Source: a bacterium (GTDB lineage Bacteria > SZUA-182 > DTGQ01 > JAFGSM01). Taken from it: a stretch of DNA of 36,048 bases. Position 1 is the stretch's first letter, and each line of letters begins with the position of its first letter. A program made the translations under genes and the position numbers. Under the pieces are notes generated by a model, which saw nothing but the letters and a program-made list of their open reading frames with translations, ran no database searches and was not told the origin of the DNA. Positions 8,478-17,004 of this stretch are shown here, in pieces. Location of the stretch: the NCBI GenBank assembly GCA_049472355.1, contig JBLIRP010000034.1:1-36048 (forward strand), in the 5' to 3' direction.

Positions 8478-10394
8478 TTATTCTAAACCGTACTTACGCA
8501 GCTTGTTGTAGAGGGTCTTATAGTCGATACCCAGCGCCCGGGATGCCTTGGCCTTATCCCAGCGGGTGTGCCGGAGGGTCAGCATGATCAGCCTTTGCTC
8601 CATCTTCTCCCGGAACCGGGCAACGATCTCCTTGAACTTCCCGCATTGATCATGGGTGGATACCTCCTCCAGCCAGTCAGGCAACCGGGCATGATCGACG
8701 TCATCCTCGTTGATGGAGAACTCGCGCATCTTTGCCAAAAGGGTCTTATAGTCCACGCCGAGTGCCCGGGCGGTCTTTGATTTGTTCCCCCGGTACTCCC
8801 GAAGGGCTTGCACAATCAGGGCGCGCTCCAGTTCACTCCCTATCCTTTTGTTAAGATCCTTCAGGGTGGTCCCGGGATTGAGAAATGCCTCCACCCCTGC
8901 GCACACCGGATCATCCGTATCCGTTTTGGGGGTGATGGCGTATTCCTCCATCTTCTTACCCAGCGTCCTCTGGCTTATATCCAGCCAGTCGCTGGCCTGC
9001 CGTATCTGATAATCCGATTCAATGAGCACCCGCTCGATATAGTACCTGTTTGCCTGAGACAGCACCTCCTGTTCCATCCTCTTGAGCGTGGACCGGGAGG
9101 GTATGAACAGAGAGAGCCGCACCCCCTTCCCCGTAAGATGCCTGTTCAACAACTGAGGGGGAAGGTGCTCCGGAAGGATCTTCTCCTCGGCCATTACCGA
9201 GGCCCCATTGATGACGTTTTTGAGCTGCCTGACATTTCCCGGCCATGTATAGTGCGCCAGGATATCCATGGCCTCGGAAGAGATCTCCTGGACCGGCACC
9301 CCCCGCTCCTGTGCCGCCTCCTGTGAAAAATGCTGCGCCAGTAATTTGACGTCGTTGAGCCGTTCCCGCAATGGGGGGAGATGGATGTGGAACTGATTGA
9401 TGCGAAAGAAGAGGTCCTCCCGAAAATGCCCCTTGTCCCGTGCCGCCTCCAGGTCGGTATTGGTCGCGGAGATGAGCCGCAAATTCAGATCGATGTAATC
9501 CTTCCCTCCCAGCGGGATGATCCTTCGTTCCTGCATTACCCTGAGGAGCTTGCTCTGGAAGTCCGATCTCAGGTTTCCCAGCTCATCGAGGAACAGGGTG
9601 CCGCCCTGGGCCATCTCAAACAACCCTTTCTGCTTGTGATCGGCCCCGGTAAAGGCCCCCCGCTCGAAGCCGAAGACCTGGCTCTCGAACAGGGTCTCGG
9701 GGATGGTGGCGCAATCCATCGGGGTAAAGGGGCCATCCTTCCTCAGGCTGTTGTAATGTATTGCCTGGGCGACCAGTTCCTTTCCCGTGCCGTTCTCGCC
9801 GGTAATGAGCACCGAGAGATCGCTCGGCGCAACCTTGCGCAGCTTGTCAAACAGGTGGAACATCTGCGGGTCTGCGGTGACGATCGAACTGAAATTGAAT
9901 CGCTCCTGGAGTCGTTTCCTGAGCATGACCACCTCTTCCTTGAGCCTTTTGTCCTCTAAGGCCCTCATAATCGAAAACTTTATCTCCTCGAGGTGGTAGG
10001 GCTTGGTAAAATAGTCGTATGCCCCGGTCTTAATGGCCTGCACCGCGTCCTTGATGCTCTCGTGGCCGGTGAGGATGAATACTATGATCTCCGGATACGA
10101 CTCCCGGATGCGCTTCAGTGCCTCCAATCCGTTCATCCCCGGCATCTTCACATCCAGGAATACGATGTGGGGGCCGTAATCGGGAATCGTTCTCAAGGCC
10201 TCCATCCCCCTCTCCGCGACCCTCACTATATGCCCCTCCTTCTCCATGAAGTTGATGAGGGGCCACAGTATCTCCGGCTGGTCGTCGACCAGGAGGACAC
10301 GCGCGGCATCATAATGGTGAGATGGATATGAAGGATCACGAGATGCGGGGGCATCAGACTCTCGGTTATGCATCCCCATGCTTACGGGATTCAT
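8478..10394 (-). CDS. sigma54-dependent response regulator (NtrC family: REC-AAA+-three Fis-type HTH modules)
   Basis: REC VLLVDD..FLDVKMPG; GENGTGKE, GAFTGA, LFLDE, FREDLFFRI, WPGNVRQL; three C-terminal HTH-like repeats. Confidence 0.95.
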   Translation of the reverse strand: MNPVSMGMHNRESDAPASRDPSYPSHHYDAARVLLVDDQPEILWPLINFMEKEGHIVRVAERGMEALRTIPDYGPHIVFLDVKMPGMNGLEALKRIRESYPEIIVFILTGHESIKDAVQAIKTGAYDYFTKPYHLEEIKFSIMRALEDKRLKEEVVMLRKRLQERFNFSSIVTADPQMFHLFDKLRKVAPSDLSVLITGENGTGKELVAQAIHYNSLRKDGPFTPMDCATIPETLFESQVFGFERGAFTGADHKQKGLFEMAQGGTLFLDELGNLRSDFQSKLLRVMQERRIIPLGGKDYIDLNLRLISATNTDLEAARDKGHFREDLFFRINQFHIHLPPLRERLNDVKLLAQHFSQEAAQERGVPVQEISSEAMDILAHYTWPGNVRQLKNVINGASVMAEEKILPEHLPPQLLNRHLTGKGVRLSLFIPSRSTLKRMEQEVLSQANRYYIERVLIESDYQIRQASDWLDISQRTLGKKMEEYAITPKTDTDDPVCAGVEAFLNPGTTLKDLNKRIGSELERALIVQALREYRGNKSKTARALGVDYKTLLAKMREFSINEDDVDHARLPDWLEEVSTHDQCGKFKEIVARFREKMEQRLIMLTLRHTRWDKAKASRALGIDYKTLYNKLRKYGLE

Positions 10395-10397
10395 TGC

Positions 10398-12473
10398 TCA
10401 CTCCCTTTCCTTTGGTTGCATGCGATAGGGTAACTGCATGTATACGCGGGTCCCCTTGCCTTCCTCACTCTCTATCCAAATTCTTCCAAAGTGATCCTCG
10501 ATGATCCGTTTGGACACGGTCAATCCCAGCCCGATTCCTTTGCTCTTTTTTGAAAAGAAGGGCTCGAAGACCCGCTCGATCTCATCCGGTTTGATGCCGG
10601 ATCCGGTATCCTGAAACAAAATCACCACCCTCTGCTGAATCGGCTCATTCCGTGTGCATATGGTAAGGATTCCACCATGCGACATGGCCTGTATCGCATT
10701 CACCGTCAGATTGATGCATACCTGGCCGATGTACTCTTCGTCACACACGATCGGCGGCAGATTCGCGTCGAGTGCAAGCCGCACCTCGATATGCCTCCTG
10801 CGGCACCTTCCACCGAGCAGGGACGCCATTCTGCGCACGCATGCATTGATATCGGTCGTTGCAAAGGACAGGGAGCGCGGACGGGCAAAATTCATCAATT
10901 CATTGATGATCGAGTCGATCAATTCACAGCCTTCGGACATCACCCCCAGATGCTCCTGCAGCGGGTTATTCTCCCCCTCCATAATGGAATGCAGGTACTG
11001 AAGGGAGCCGGAGATGGCGGAGAGGGGGTTTCGAACCTCATGGGCCACACCTGAGGCGAGTTGGAGCATGGCCTCCATTCGTTCCCTGCGCGTGCGATCC
11101 TGTGCCATCGACCTGGTTCTGGTCACCTCCTCGATGATGAGAAGGGCATCCGGTTCCCCCGCCGCCTGGCCATAGAAGGGGATGAGCCTGATCTCCAATG
11201 TCCTTCCCTGGTGCAGGGCTCCCCCCATGGCCGCATCTATGGGGAGGGCGGTTTCACCCCGCATGCCTCGCTCGATGATCGGTTGCACGCAGGAAAGGAG
11301 ATCGGGGGGCAGACAGTCGGCGAGGGGGTGATTGACGACCTCTTCGTATGCACGGCCGAAGAGATCCAGGAACGACCGGTTGGCGAAGAGGGTATTCCCA
11401 TCCCTGCCGATGAGGGCGATCCCGGCAGGGATACCGTCGAGCACTCCCTGCTGGTACCGGGACATGGATTGCAAAGACTCGGCTGGAGGATGTTCAAGGT
11501 TTCCCCCGGGCGCCGGGAGGCCTCTGAATCTGGCGCGCAGCCTGTCGGGGTCGGCAAGATCCAGGGCGATTCCCAGCACCCCGGTAAAACCACGGTATGC
11601 ATCGTGCATCGGGGAGGTGCTGATGATCATGGGCCGCTCCTTGCCGGCGGAATCCCTCAGGGAGATCTCCCACTCCTGCGGTCTTTCCATAGCCATGGAC
11701 CGATTCAGGGTCACCGCATCCGCCTTTTCAAAGAGCAACGAAAAGAAGGAACTGCCGATCAGGGTATCCCGGGGGTAGCCCAATGACTCGATCTTGGGAT
11801 TCACGTAGGTGAACCTGCCGTCGCCGTCGAGGGTAAAAATGATGTCGTTCGCCTTTTCCAGGATGTTGTTCAGGTAGTAATCCGCCTCTGCGGCCTTTGC
11901 AACGAGGGCGCCTTCGCGTTCCTTCAGTTGCTCGCAGGTCTGTTTGAGCTGTTTCAGCAGTCGGCGATTTTCCAGTTCCAGCCGCTGCCGTTCGAGACAG
12001 TTTTTCACCACATTGTGGAGGGTGGAGAGTTTGATCGGCTTTGTCAGATAGTCATAGGCGCCCGCCTTGAAGGTCTTGCGCACGGAATCAAGGCTCTCAT
12101 ACCCGGTGATGATAATCACTGCGGTATCCGGGCTCAACGCAGCGATTTTCTGCTGAAGCTCGGTGCCGTCCGCCTCTTCCAGGTGGAGATCAAGGATGAC
12201 CAGGTGAAGGAACTGATTTTTGACGATTTCAAGGGCCTGGGATGGGTCCGCACTGGTAAAGACCAGGAATCCGATGGATCTGAGAAATTCCTTGATCGAT
12301 TCCCTGATCCCCTCCTCGTCGTCCACCACCAGTATCCGCGAGGGTGTCGCTTCCCAGGGATCAGGGAGATCCTGGCTTATCTTGGGGATGTGGTCGATTC
12401 TGGGTCGCTTCCGGGCCTGACTCACCCTTCCTCCCGTATACATGAATGAAGGCCGCTCCATTGTCCATACCAC
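10398..12473 (-). CDS. Hybrid sensor kinase REC-PAS-PAS-HisKA-HATPase (start uncertain)
   Basis: ILVVDDE receiver; PAS motifs IIFTLDGDGRFTYVNP and IALIGRDGNTLFANRSF; H-box VAHEVRNPL; DTGSGI, GIGLGL; 3 bp from the activator gene. Confidence 0.93.
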   Translation of the reverse strand: MVWTMERPSFMYTGGRVSQARKRPRIDHIPKISQDLPDPWEATPSRILVVDDEEGIRESIKEFLRSIGFLVFTSADPSQALEIVKNQFLHLVILDLHLEEADGTELQQKIAALSPDTAVIIITGYESLDSVRKTFKAGAYDYLTKPIKLSTLHNVVKNCLERQRLELENRRLLKQLKQTCEQLKEREGALVAKAAEADYYLNNILEKANDIIFTLDGDGRFTYVNPKIESLGYPRDTLIGSSFFSLLFEKADAVTLNRSMAMERPQEWEISLRDSAGKERPMIISTSPMHDAYRGFTGVLGIALDLADPDRLRARFRGLPAPGGNLEHPPAESLQSMSRYQQGVLDGIPAGIALIGRDGNTLFANRSFLDLFGRAYEEVVNHPLADCLPPDLLSCVQPIIERGMRGETALPIDAAMGGALHQGRTLEIRLIPFYGQAAGEPDALLIIEEVTRTRSMAQDRTRRERMEAMLQLASGVAHEVRNPLSAISGSLQYLHSIMEGENNPLQEHLGVMSEGCELIDSIINELMNFARPRSLSFATTDINACVRRMASLLGGRCRRRHIEVRLALDANLPPIVCDEEYIGQVCINLTVNAIQAMSHGGILTICTRNEPIQQRVVILFQDTGSGIKPDEIERVFEPFFSKKSKGIGLGLTVSKRIIEDHFGRIWIESEEGKGTRVYMQLPYRMQPKERE

Positions 12474-12582
12474 TGATTACGCCGTATCTTAGTCGAACTT
12501 CCATGATCCGTCAAGCATTCGGCTCATATTATGGAACAATCGCCTTTCTCCATTCTGCATGTGGAAAATATTCCATGATTTC

Positions 12583-12609
12583 TTATCGGCCTTTATCCGG
12601 CGTTTCCCG
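12583..12609 (-). promoter_or_regulatory. Possible sigma28-type promoter for the kinase/activator operon (-10 only)
   Basis: Minus-strand GCCGATAA (12590-12583) is a perfect -10 box; the -35 box is poor at canonical spacing. Confidence 0.3.
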
Positions 12610-12731
12610 GAGGGCGTCCTCTCCCTTCATCCATGCGGTATTCAGAAGATATACCGGATACCCCACAGGGCCGATCCTCCTTCTGACCGTGCCGCGACCG
12701 TGGAAACATCCCCCAAAGGTGACAAACCATC

Positions 12732-12758
12732 GAAGATTAGGCCCTCTTCTACCGATAA
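12732..12758 (+). promoter_or_regulatory. Possible sigma28-type promoter
   Basis: GAAGATTA-N11-ACCGATAA against consensus TAAAGTTT-N11-GCCGATAA, upstream of the first receiver gene. Confidence 0.4.
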
Positions 12759-12881
12759 AAAGGTAACGGCATAGCTGTTGAATCGACAACAAGGGTGGGG
12801 CAAGGCACCCCTTCCGGTCAGGACGGATCACCAGCGTTGGGGTGTAAAACGCATAACCATCTATAAAAAGAGGTTTTGAAC

Positions 12882-13247
12882 ATGTTCAACATACTGGCTG
12901 TCGATGATGATTGCATGATCTGCGATGTCATATCCGATTTTCTCAAGGGAAAGGGGTATGGTGTTCGAACAGCCCGATCGGGCGAAGAGGCCCTGAATTT
13001 GATCTCCATGGAAAAACCCGATCTGGTGCTCCTGGACATGATTATGCCCGGTATGGGAGGAGAGGCGACCCTGAAACAGATCAAGGACCTGTACATCGAC
13101 CTTCCCGTGATAATGGTGACGGTTATGACCGATGAAAAAAAGGCCCTCAACCTCCTGGCGGAAGGGGCATCTGATTACATTACAAAGCCGATCGATTTCA
13201 AGTACCTGGAAAAGAATCTCTCGGTGTGGGAATCCCTCAAGGCATAG
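12882..13247 (+). CDS. Single-domain response regulator (CheY-like receiver)
   Basis: ILAVDDD, LVLLDMIMPGMGG, VIMVT, YITKP; ATG at 12882 aligns with the paralog start (ORF track starts at 12876). Confidence 0.93.
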   Translation: MFNILAVDDDCMICDVISDFLKGKGYGVRTARSGEEALNLISMEKPDLVLLDMIMPGMGGEATLKQIKDLYIDLPVIMVTVMTDEKKALNLLAEGASDYITKPIDFKYLEKNLSVWESLKA

Positions 13248-13364
13248 GATTCACCCCCGGTGGTGTTGCGTGAGTAAAACCAGCCTCATCCCTGCCAACC
13301 GATTCCACACCCCTTCCGGACTCTTGCCATTTACTGCTTCTTTGGATTCCCCCTCCAGGGGGGT

Positions 13365-13391
13365 GAAAGGCGGCCCGCCTTTGGCCGATAA
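13365..13391 (+). promoter_or_regulatory. sigma28-type promoter
   Basis: GAAAGGCG-N11-GCCGATAA: perfect -10 box with (T/G)AAAG at canonical spacing, 80 bp before the second receiver gene. Confidence 0.55.
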
Positions 13392-13471
13392 ACATAATAG
13401 GAACACAACGGTATTCCATGGGGTAAAACGGCAGGTTACGAGGGGGAAACTCAGGAAAAGAGGGGGAGTCG

Positions 13472-13843
13472 ATGTTTACCGTGTTGACCGTTGACGATGA
13501 TTGCATGATCTGCGACACCATATCCCTTTACCTCACCCAGAAGGGATACAGCGTCACGTCCGCCGCCTCGGGGGAGGAGGCGTTGGAGGCCATCGACCGG
13601 GAAAGACCCAACCTTGTTCTCCTGGATGTGGTGATGCCCGGCATGGGCGGCGAGGAGACGCTCAGGGCGATAAAGAGCCGCTACACGGACCTCACCGTCA
13701 TCATGATCACCGTCATATCCGACACCATGATGGCGTTGAAACTGCTCCAGGAAGGCGCCTCAGCCTTGATCAGCAAGCCGATCAATCTGGATTTGCTGGA
13801 AAGAAACATCTCTGTTTGGAAGATGATCAAGGATTGCCTGTAA
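13472..13843 (+). CDS. Single-domain response regulator, tandem paralog of 12882-13247
   Basis: VLTVDDD, LVLLDVVMPGMGG, VIMIT, LISKP; colinear with the upstream receiver. Confidence 0.93.
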   Translation: MFTVLTVDDDCMICDTISLYLTQKGYSVTSAASGEEALEAIDRERPNLVLLDVVMPGMGGEETLRAIKSRYTDLTVIMITVISDTMMALKLLQEGASALISKPINLDLLERNISVWKMIKDCL

Positions 13844-14024
13844 GGTATGGTGTACGCAGGTGTTGGCCGCTCTATTTACTTTGTCTTCCTCAAAAAAAAT
13901 GTCAGGCCGATGCACATTCTCTAAGACCCGCCTTCCAAAAGAATTCAGAAACGGCGATCCGCGGGCACACCCGCGAATCGCCGTTGAGAGCAAAACAAAG
14001 CGATGTTCAATGAGTCATGCGCCC

Positions 14025-14558
14025 TCAAATCCCCCATATCTGCAAGGCGTTCAGAAGCGTTCCGATAGGACTCACTGCGTACGGATACGTGAGATATTCC
14101 CTATTGGCCACCGGCACCCACTGATTGCCCCATGAAAAGGGGGTCGGCGGCAGGAATGCCCAGTTGCCGGTCAAGGTAATGGGTATGGGCCTGTTTAAGA
14201 TCGGATCAAACAGTTGATTCGGGGGCCAGCATCCGAATCCAAAGAGTTGATCCCAGTAAGCAAGCCCTTGGGTGCTGTTGAACAGGAGCCATGGATAGCC
14301 CATGGACGGATCCCATGTGAGTGCGGGCTGGACAGGCAGAACCGTGCTCGGGGTAAGGCTCGTCACAAGGGGTGAGCCGATTCCGGTTTTAAAACTGGTG
14401 CTGTTGAGAACCGGAGACCAGAGAGGCCACAGCGTGTTGTATGGAGGAATCGCCGCCCAGTATTGCGCGTTGATTGATGGCGAAACAATGAAGACGGACA
14501 CTATAAGGATAACAGGGACGATAATCGCCCATTTAGGTATTCCTTTTGTTCCAAACAT
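14025..14558 (-). CDS. Secreted Pro/Trp-rich hypothetical protein
   Basis: Signal peptide (MFGTKG..hydrophobic..SINA|Q); mature part AQYWAAIPPYNTLWPLWSPVL..PVQPALTWDP..PWLLFN; start chosen at ATG 14558. Confidence 0.7.
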   Translation of the reverse strand: MFGTKGIPKWAIIVPVILIVSVFIVSPSINAQYWAAIPPYNTLWPLWSPVLNSTSFKTGIGSPLVTSLTPSTVLPVQPALTWDPSMGYPWLLFNSTQGLAYWDQLFGFGCWPPNQLFDPILNRPIPITLTGNWAFLPPTPFSWGNQWVPVANREYLTYPYAVSPIGTLLNALQIWGI

Positions 14559-15145
14559 ACATGGATCCCTTCGATGATAAAAATTGTGTGGATTCGTAAT
14601 CGTGCTCCATGCCTGAAAGATCGTCATCGTTTCCCTTCTGAGCATCACCTCCTTTCCATAGGACAGATTATGACAGATGGTATGGAATAGGTTCCCACCT
14701 CCTTTCATTCCCGGATTGCCGTCTCACGAGAGCGTGAGGAATAGGATAAATCCGGTGGACAAGGGTACGGTTATGACCGGTCCTGCGGAAAAGGCATCTC
14801 CTGACACTGCAACCCATAGCTGCATATCACGCATTGCCCCTCCCATTATCCCGCCGGGTGCGTAGGAGAAGCAAGGCGGAATGGGGGTCCTTCAACACTC
14901 GGGGGAATAGGGGATAAGATATTCCGGATGACCGATTCTGCCTGCACTTTTCTCCTGAAAAGGCCGTTCGCAAAAAGAAACGCAAAGATCGAAATACGGG
15001 GCAATCCTGTTTTTATAGCCTGTTTATATAAAGACGAACATCCGGGAGCACTTCTTATTGGAGGATGCAGGGCGTCTCTCCACCTCCCCAGGCTACCCCT
15101 CCATTCCCGTGCCCTCGGCCATCGAGGTGACCGGCGGGGAGTCGT

Positions 15146-15214
15146 GCCGGCCTTTACCATGCTTAAATAATGACGAAAAAATGCCTTCAATTCGGATACG
15201 GCAGCGGATTTCAC
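15146..15214 (-). pseudogene. Phd/YefM-family antitoxin, N-terminal fragment
   Basis: GTG-KSAAVSELKAFFRHYLSMVKAG resembles the Phd N-terminus (..SELKA.LS.YL..VKAGE), then similarity stops; GAGG RBS. Confidence 0.7.
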
Positions 15215-15242
15215 AAATCCTACCTCTTTTGGTCTTATATAT

Positions 15243-15259
15243 ATGACTATTATAGTCAT
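15243..15259. promoter_or_regulatory. Palindromic operator upstream of the antitoxin fragment
   Basis: Perfect inverted repeat ATGACTAT-T-ATAGTCAT, about 30 bp upstream of the start; typical of type II TA autorepression. Confidence 0.6.
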
Positions 15260-15326
15260 TTAAATTTTATTTTAGATACGAGGGTTAGTCAAATCCCAGC
15301 CTTCGCAGTCCTTGCGCAGGTTTACT

Positions 15327-15406
15327 ATAAATGATCATGGATGTTCTCATCTTAAAAATCTTCCTTGTATAATTCCCGGTTCGAGCAATCGCAGCCGGAC
15401 TTCAAC
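15327..15406. repeat. ~80-bp diverged direct repeat, copy 1 (copy 2 at 18964-19044)
   Basis: ataaatgatcatggatgttctc..ttcgagcaatcgcagccggacttcaac aligns end to end with 18964-19044, with a few mismatches. Confidence 0.9.
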
Positions 15407-15410
15407 AAAC

Positions 15411-15453
15411 TCTCCTTCTGCACACCGCTGGTAAAGATCCGCAAGGGTTTCAT
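15411..15453 (-). pseudogene. Very short DUF4062-like N-terminal fragment
   Basis: MKPLRIFTSGVQKE resembles the RIFISSVQKE start of DUF4062 proteins; only about 14 codons. Confidence 0.4.
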
Positions 15454-15666
15454 GACTTCACCAGCTTGAAGTTAACCTGATACCGATAAAAGGCGATATT
15501 GGGCAGGATGTCATCTTGCACTGATGCCAATCGACCGCCTGCAATTCACGGCCAGTTAAATGAAACGCTCATGAACCGGATGAAACTGCGAATGTAGAAT
15601 GTAGAAGTGCAACGCAGATGAGCCTTCGGCTCACAAAGAAGCATGAAAATGCCCCAAAGGGGATTT

Positions 15667-15951
15667 TCAGATGAAATCAGGCGCATTGACTTGTTCGGCT
15701 TTTTTACTATCTAAATAAAGAGTATCAGGACATAAATCTTGTCCATTTTCCCATTGCATACTCACCCAAAAAGGTCTTACTGTTTTGAATAAACTTGCAT
15801 CTCTCAACTCCTTGAATATTCCTTTATTGAGATAGGGCTTCATGTTAAAAATTTTAACTTCATTATTATCAATAGATAATATGGCTTCTTGATCCTGGAA
15901 TTTAACATGGATATCTGGTGCCTTATTCTTCCTATTATCAAAAAAATACAT
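15667..15951 (-). pseudogene. In-frame deletion fusion of a DUF4160 / DUF2442 TA-like pair
   Basis: MYFFDNRKNKAPDIHVKFQDQEAILSI (DUF4160-like) joined to DNNEVKIFNMKPYLNKGIFKEL..QWENGQDLCPDTLY (DUF2442-like). Confidence 0.7.
15677..15699 (-). other. Truncated attC-like half site
   Basis: GCCGAAC-AAGTCAATGCGCCTGA at the DUF2442 3' end resembles R''/L'' boxes; the partner arm is absent. Confidence 0.35.
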
Positions 15952-16981
15952 TGTATGCTGCAACAAGTTTATATCGCACAAACTGACAAAATGTTTTAAT
16001 GCCGGAATCGCCCCAGAGCCGGTCAGAGATGTCCTTATGCACTATATATATTGTGTCGTCGAAATCCCAGAACATAATAGTTTTCCCCTTGGGTTTGAAC
16101 TTGAGCAGGTCATCTATATTGCGCAGGTTGGCTACATGCAGCATGAGGTAGTCTGCCTGGGTAGCGCTGATATCCTCGTACAGCTTTTTCGTCAGGCCGT
16201 CGAAATGCAGATATGTTGATGATGTAAGCCAGAACACTTGACCGGTTGCTATGTTAGGATAATTTCGATTTACGTACTTGATTACATCGCTGGAAATGGA
16301 GCTTATCAATACGTCGTTATCGCGTTTGCGGGTCTGGATATCAGCTATGATATCATCGACCAAGCGCTCGTCTTCTTGATTGTCTCCCTGCGACTTTATT
16401 TCAATGTTAAGTTTCTTGCTAAGAATGCCAATGACTTCATCATAGGCAGCGATTTCTCCACAGGTCATTTTAGATAATTCTGCAAATGTCGTATTGCCTA
16501 TAGCTCTCATGTTGCCATACAATCTGAGCATCCTTTTGTCATGATAGACGACTATCCTTCTGTCTTTCGAATATTGAACGTCGAACTCTATAAAGGCATA
16601 TTTGCTGTTTTTGTCTGCGGCCTTAAGAGCCGCCATTGTATTTTCCCTATGTTCTTCAGATGCGCCACGATGCGCGCCTGCCGTGCATCTGCATCCGTAA
16701 TGGACTCGATTTTTTATACCCTCCTGTTCGAGAATTTCGTCGAGCCTTGCGACGTAGGGCGGCATGGCGCAACCGGTTACCATTGCTGCAAGCAAGATTA
16801 ATGTGGAGACAAGGGAAAAACCGTATTTTTTGGGGGACAGATTCTGGCCGAATGCTGATCCGGCTGCGCTGCTTGCGCGGATGTAAAGGATTTCAACCTG
16901 CAGAAAAATCCTACGGGATACGAAGCCGCGCATGATAGAAACCAATCTACGCAATATTGAAACAGCTTTCTCGGTCATCAT
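15938..16981 (-). CDS. Glycerophosphodiester phosphodiesterase family protein (possible lipoprotein; start uncertain)
   Basis: AHRGAS..RENTMAA, IEFDVQYSKD..VVYHD, LNIEIK, LISS; hydrophobic stretch ending VTGC. Confidence 0.88.
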   Translation of the reverse strand: MMTEKAVSILRRLVSIMRGFVSRRIFLQVEILYIRASSAAGSAFGQNLSPKKYGFSLVSTLILLAAMVTGCAMPPYVARLDEILEQEGIKNRVHYGCRCTAGAHRGASEEHRENTMAALKAADKNSKYAFIEFDVQYSKDRRIVVYHDKRMLRLYGNMRAIGNTTFAELSKMTCGEIAAYDEVIGILSKKLNIEIKSQGDNQEDERLVDDIIADIQTRKRDNDVLISSISSDVIKYVNRNYPNIATGQVFWLTSSTYLHFDGLTKKLYEDISATQADYLMLHVANLRNIDDLLKFKPKGKTIMFWDFDDTIYIVHKDISDRLWGDSGIKTFCQFVRYKLVAAYNVFF

Positions 16982-17004
16982 TTCTAAATATCGAACCCTG
17001 CGCA

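Noticed and set aside
12767..12782. CGGCAT-AGCTG-TTGA as a second sigma54 promoter
   Set aside because: Lacks the -12 GC and deviates at -24; too weak to call.
14700..14830. c-di-GMP riboswitch upstream of the Pro/Trp-rich gene
   Set aside because: Hairpins are present, but the conserved class I and class II motifs could not be matched.
15619..15668. Hairpins TGAGCC-TTC-GGCTCA and GAAAATGCCCC-AAA-GGGGATTTTC as a terminator or ncRNA
   Set aside because: No U-tract and only one copy in the window; could be a REP-like element but cannot be assigned.
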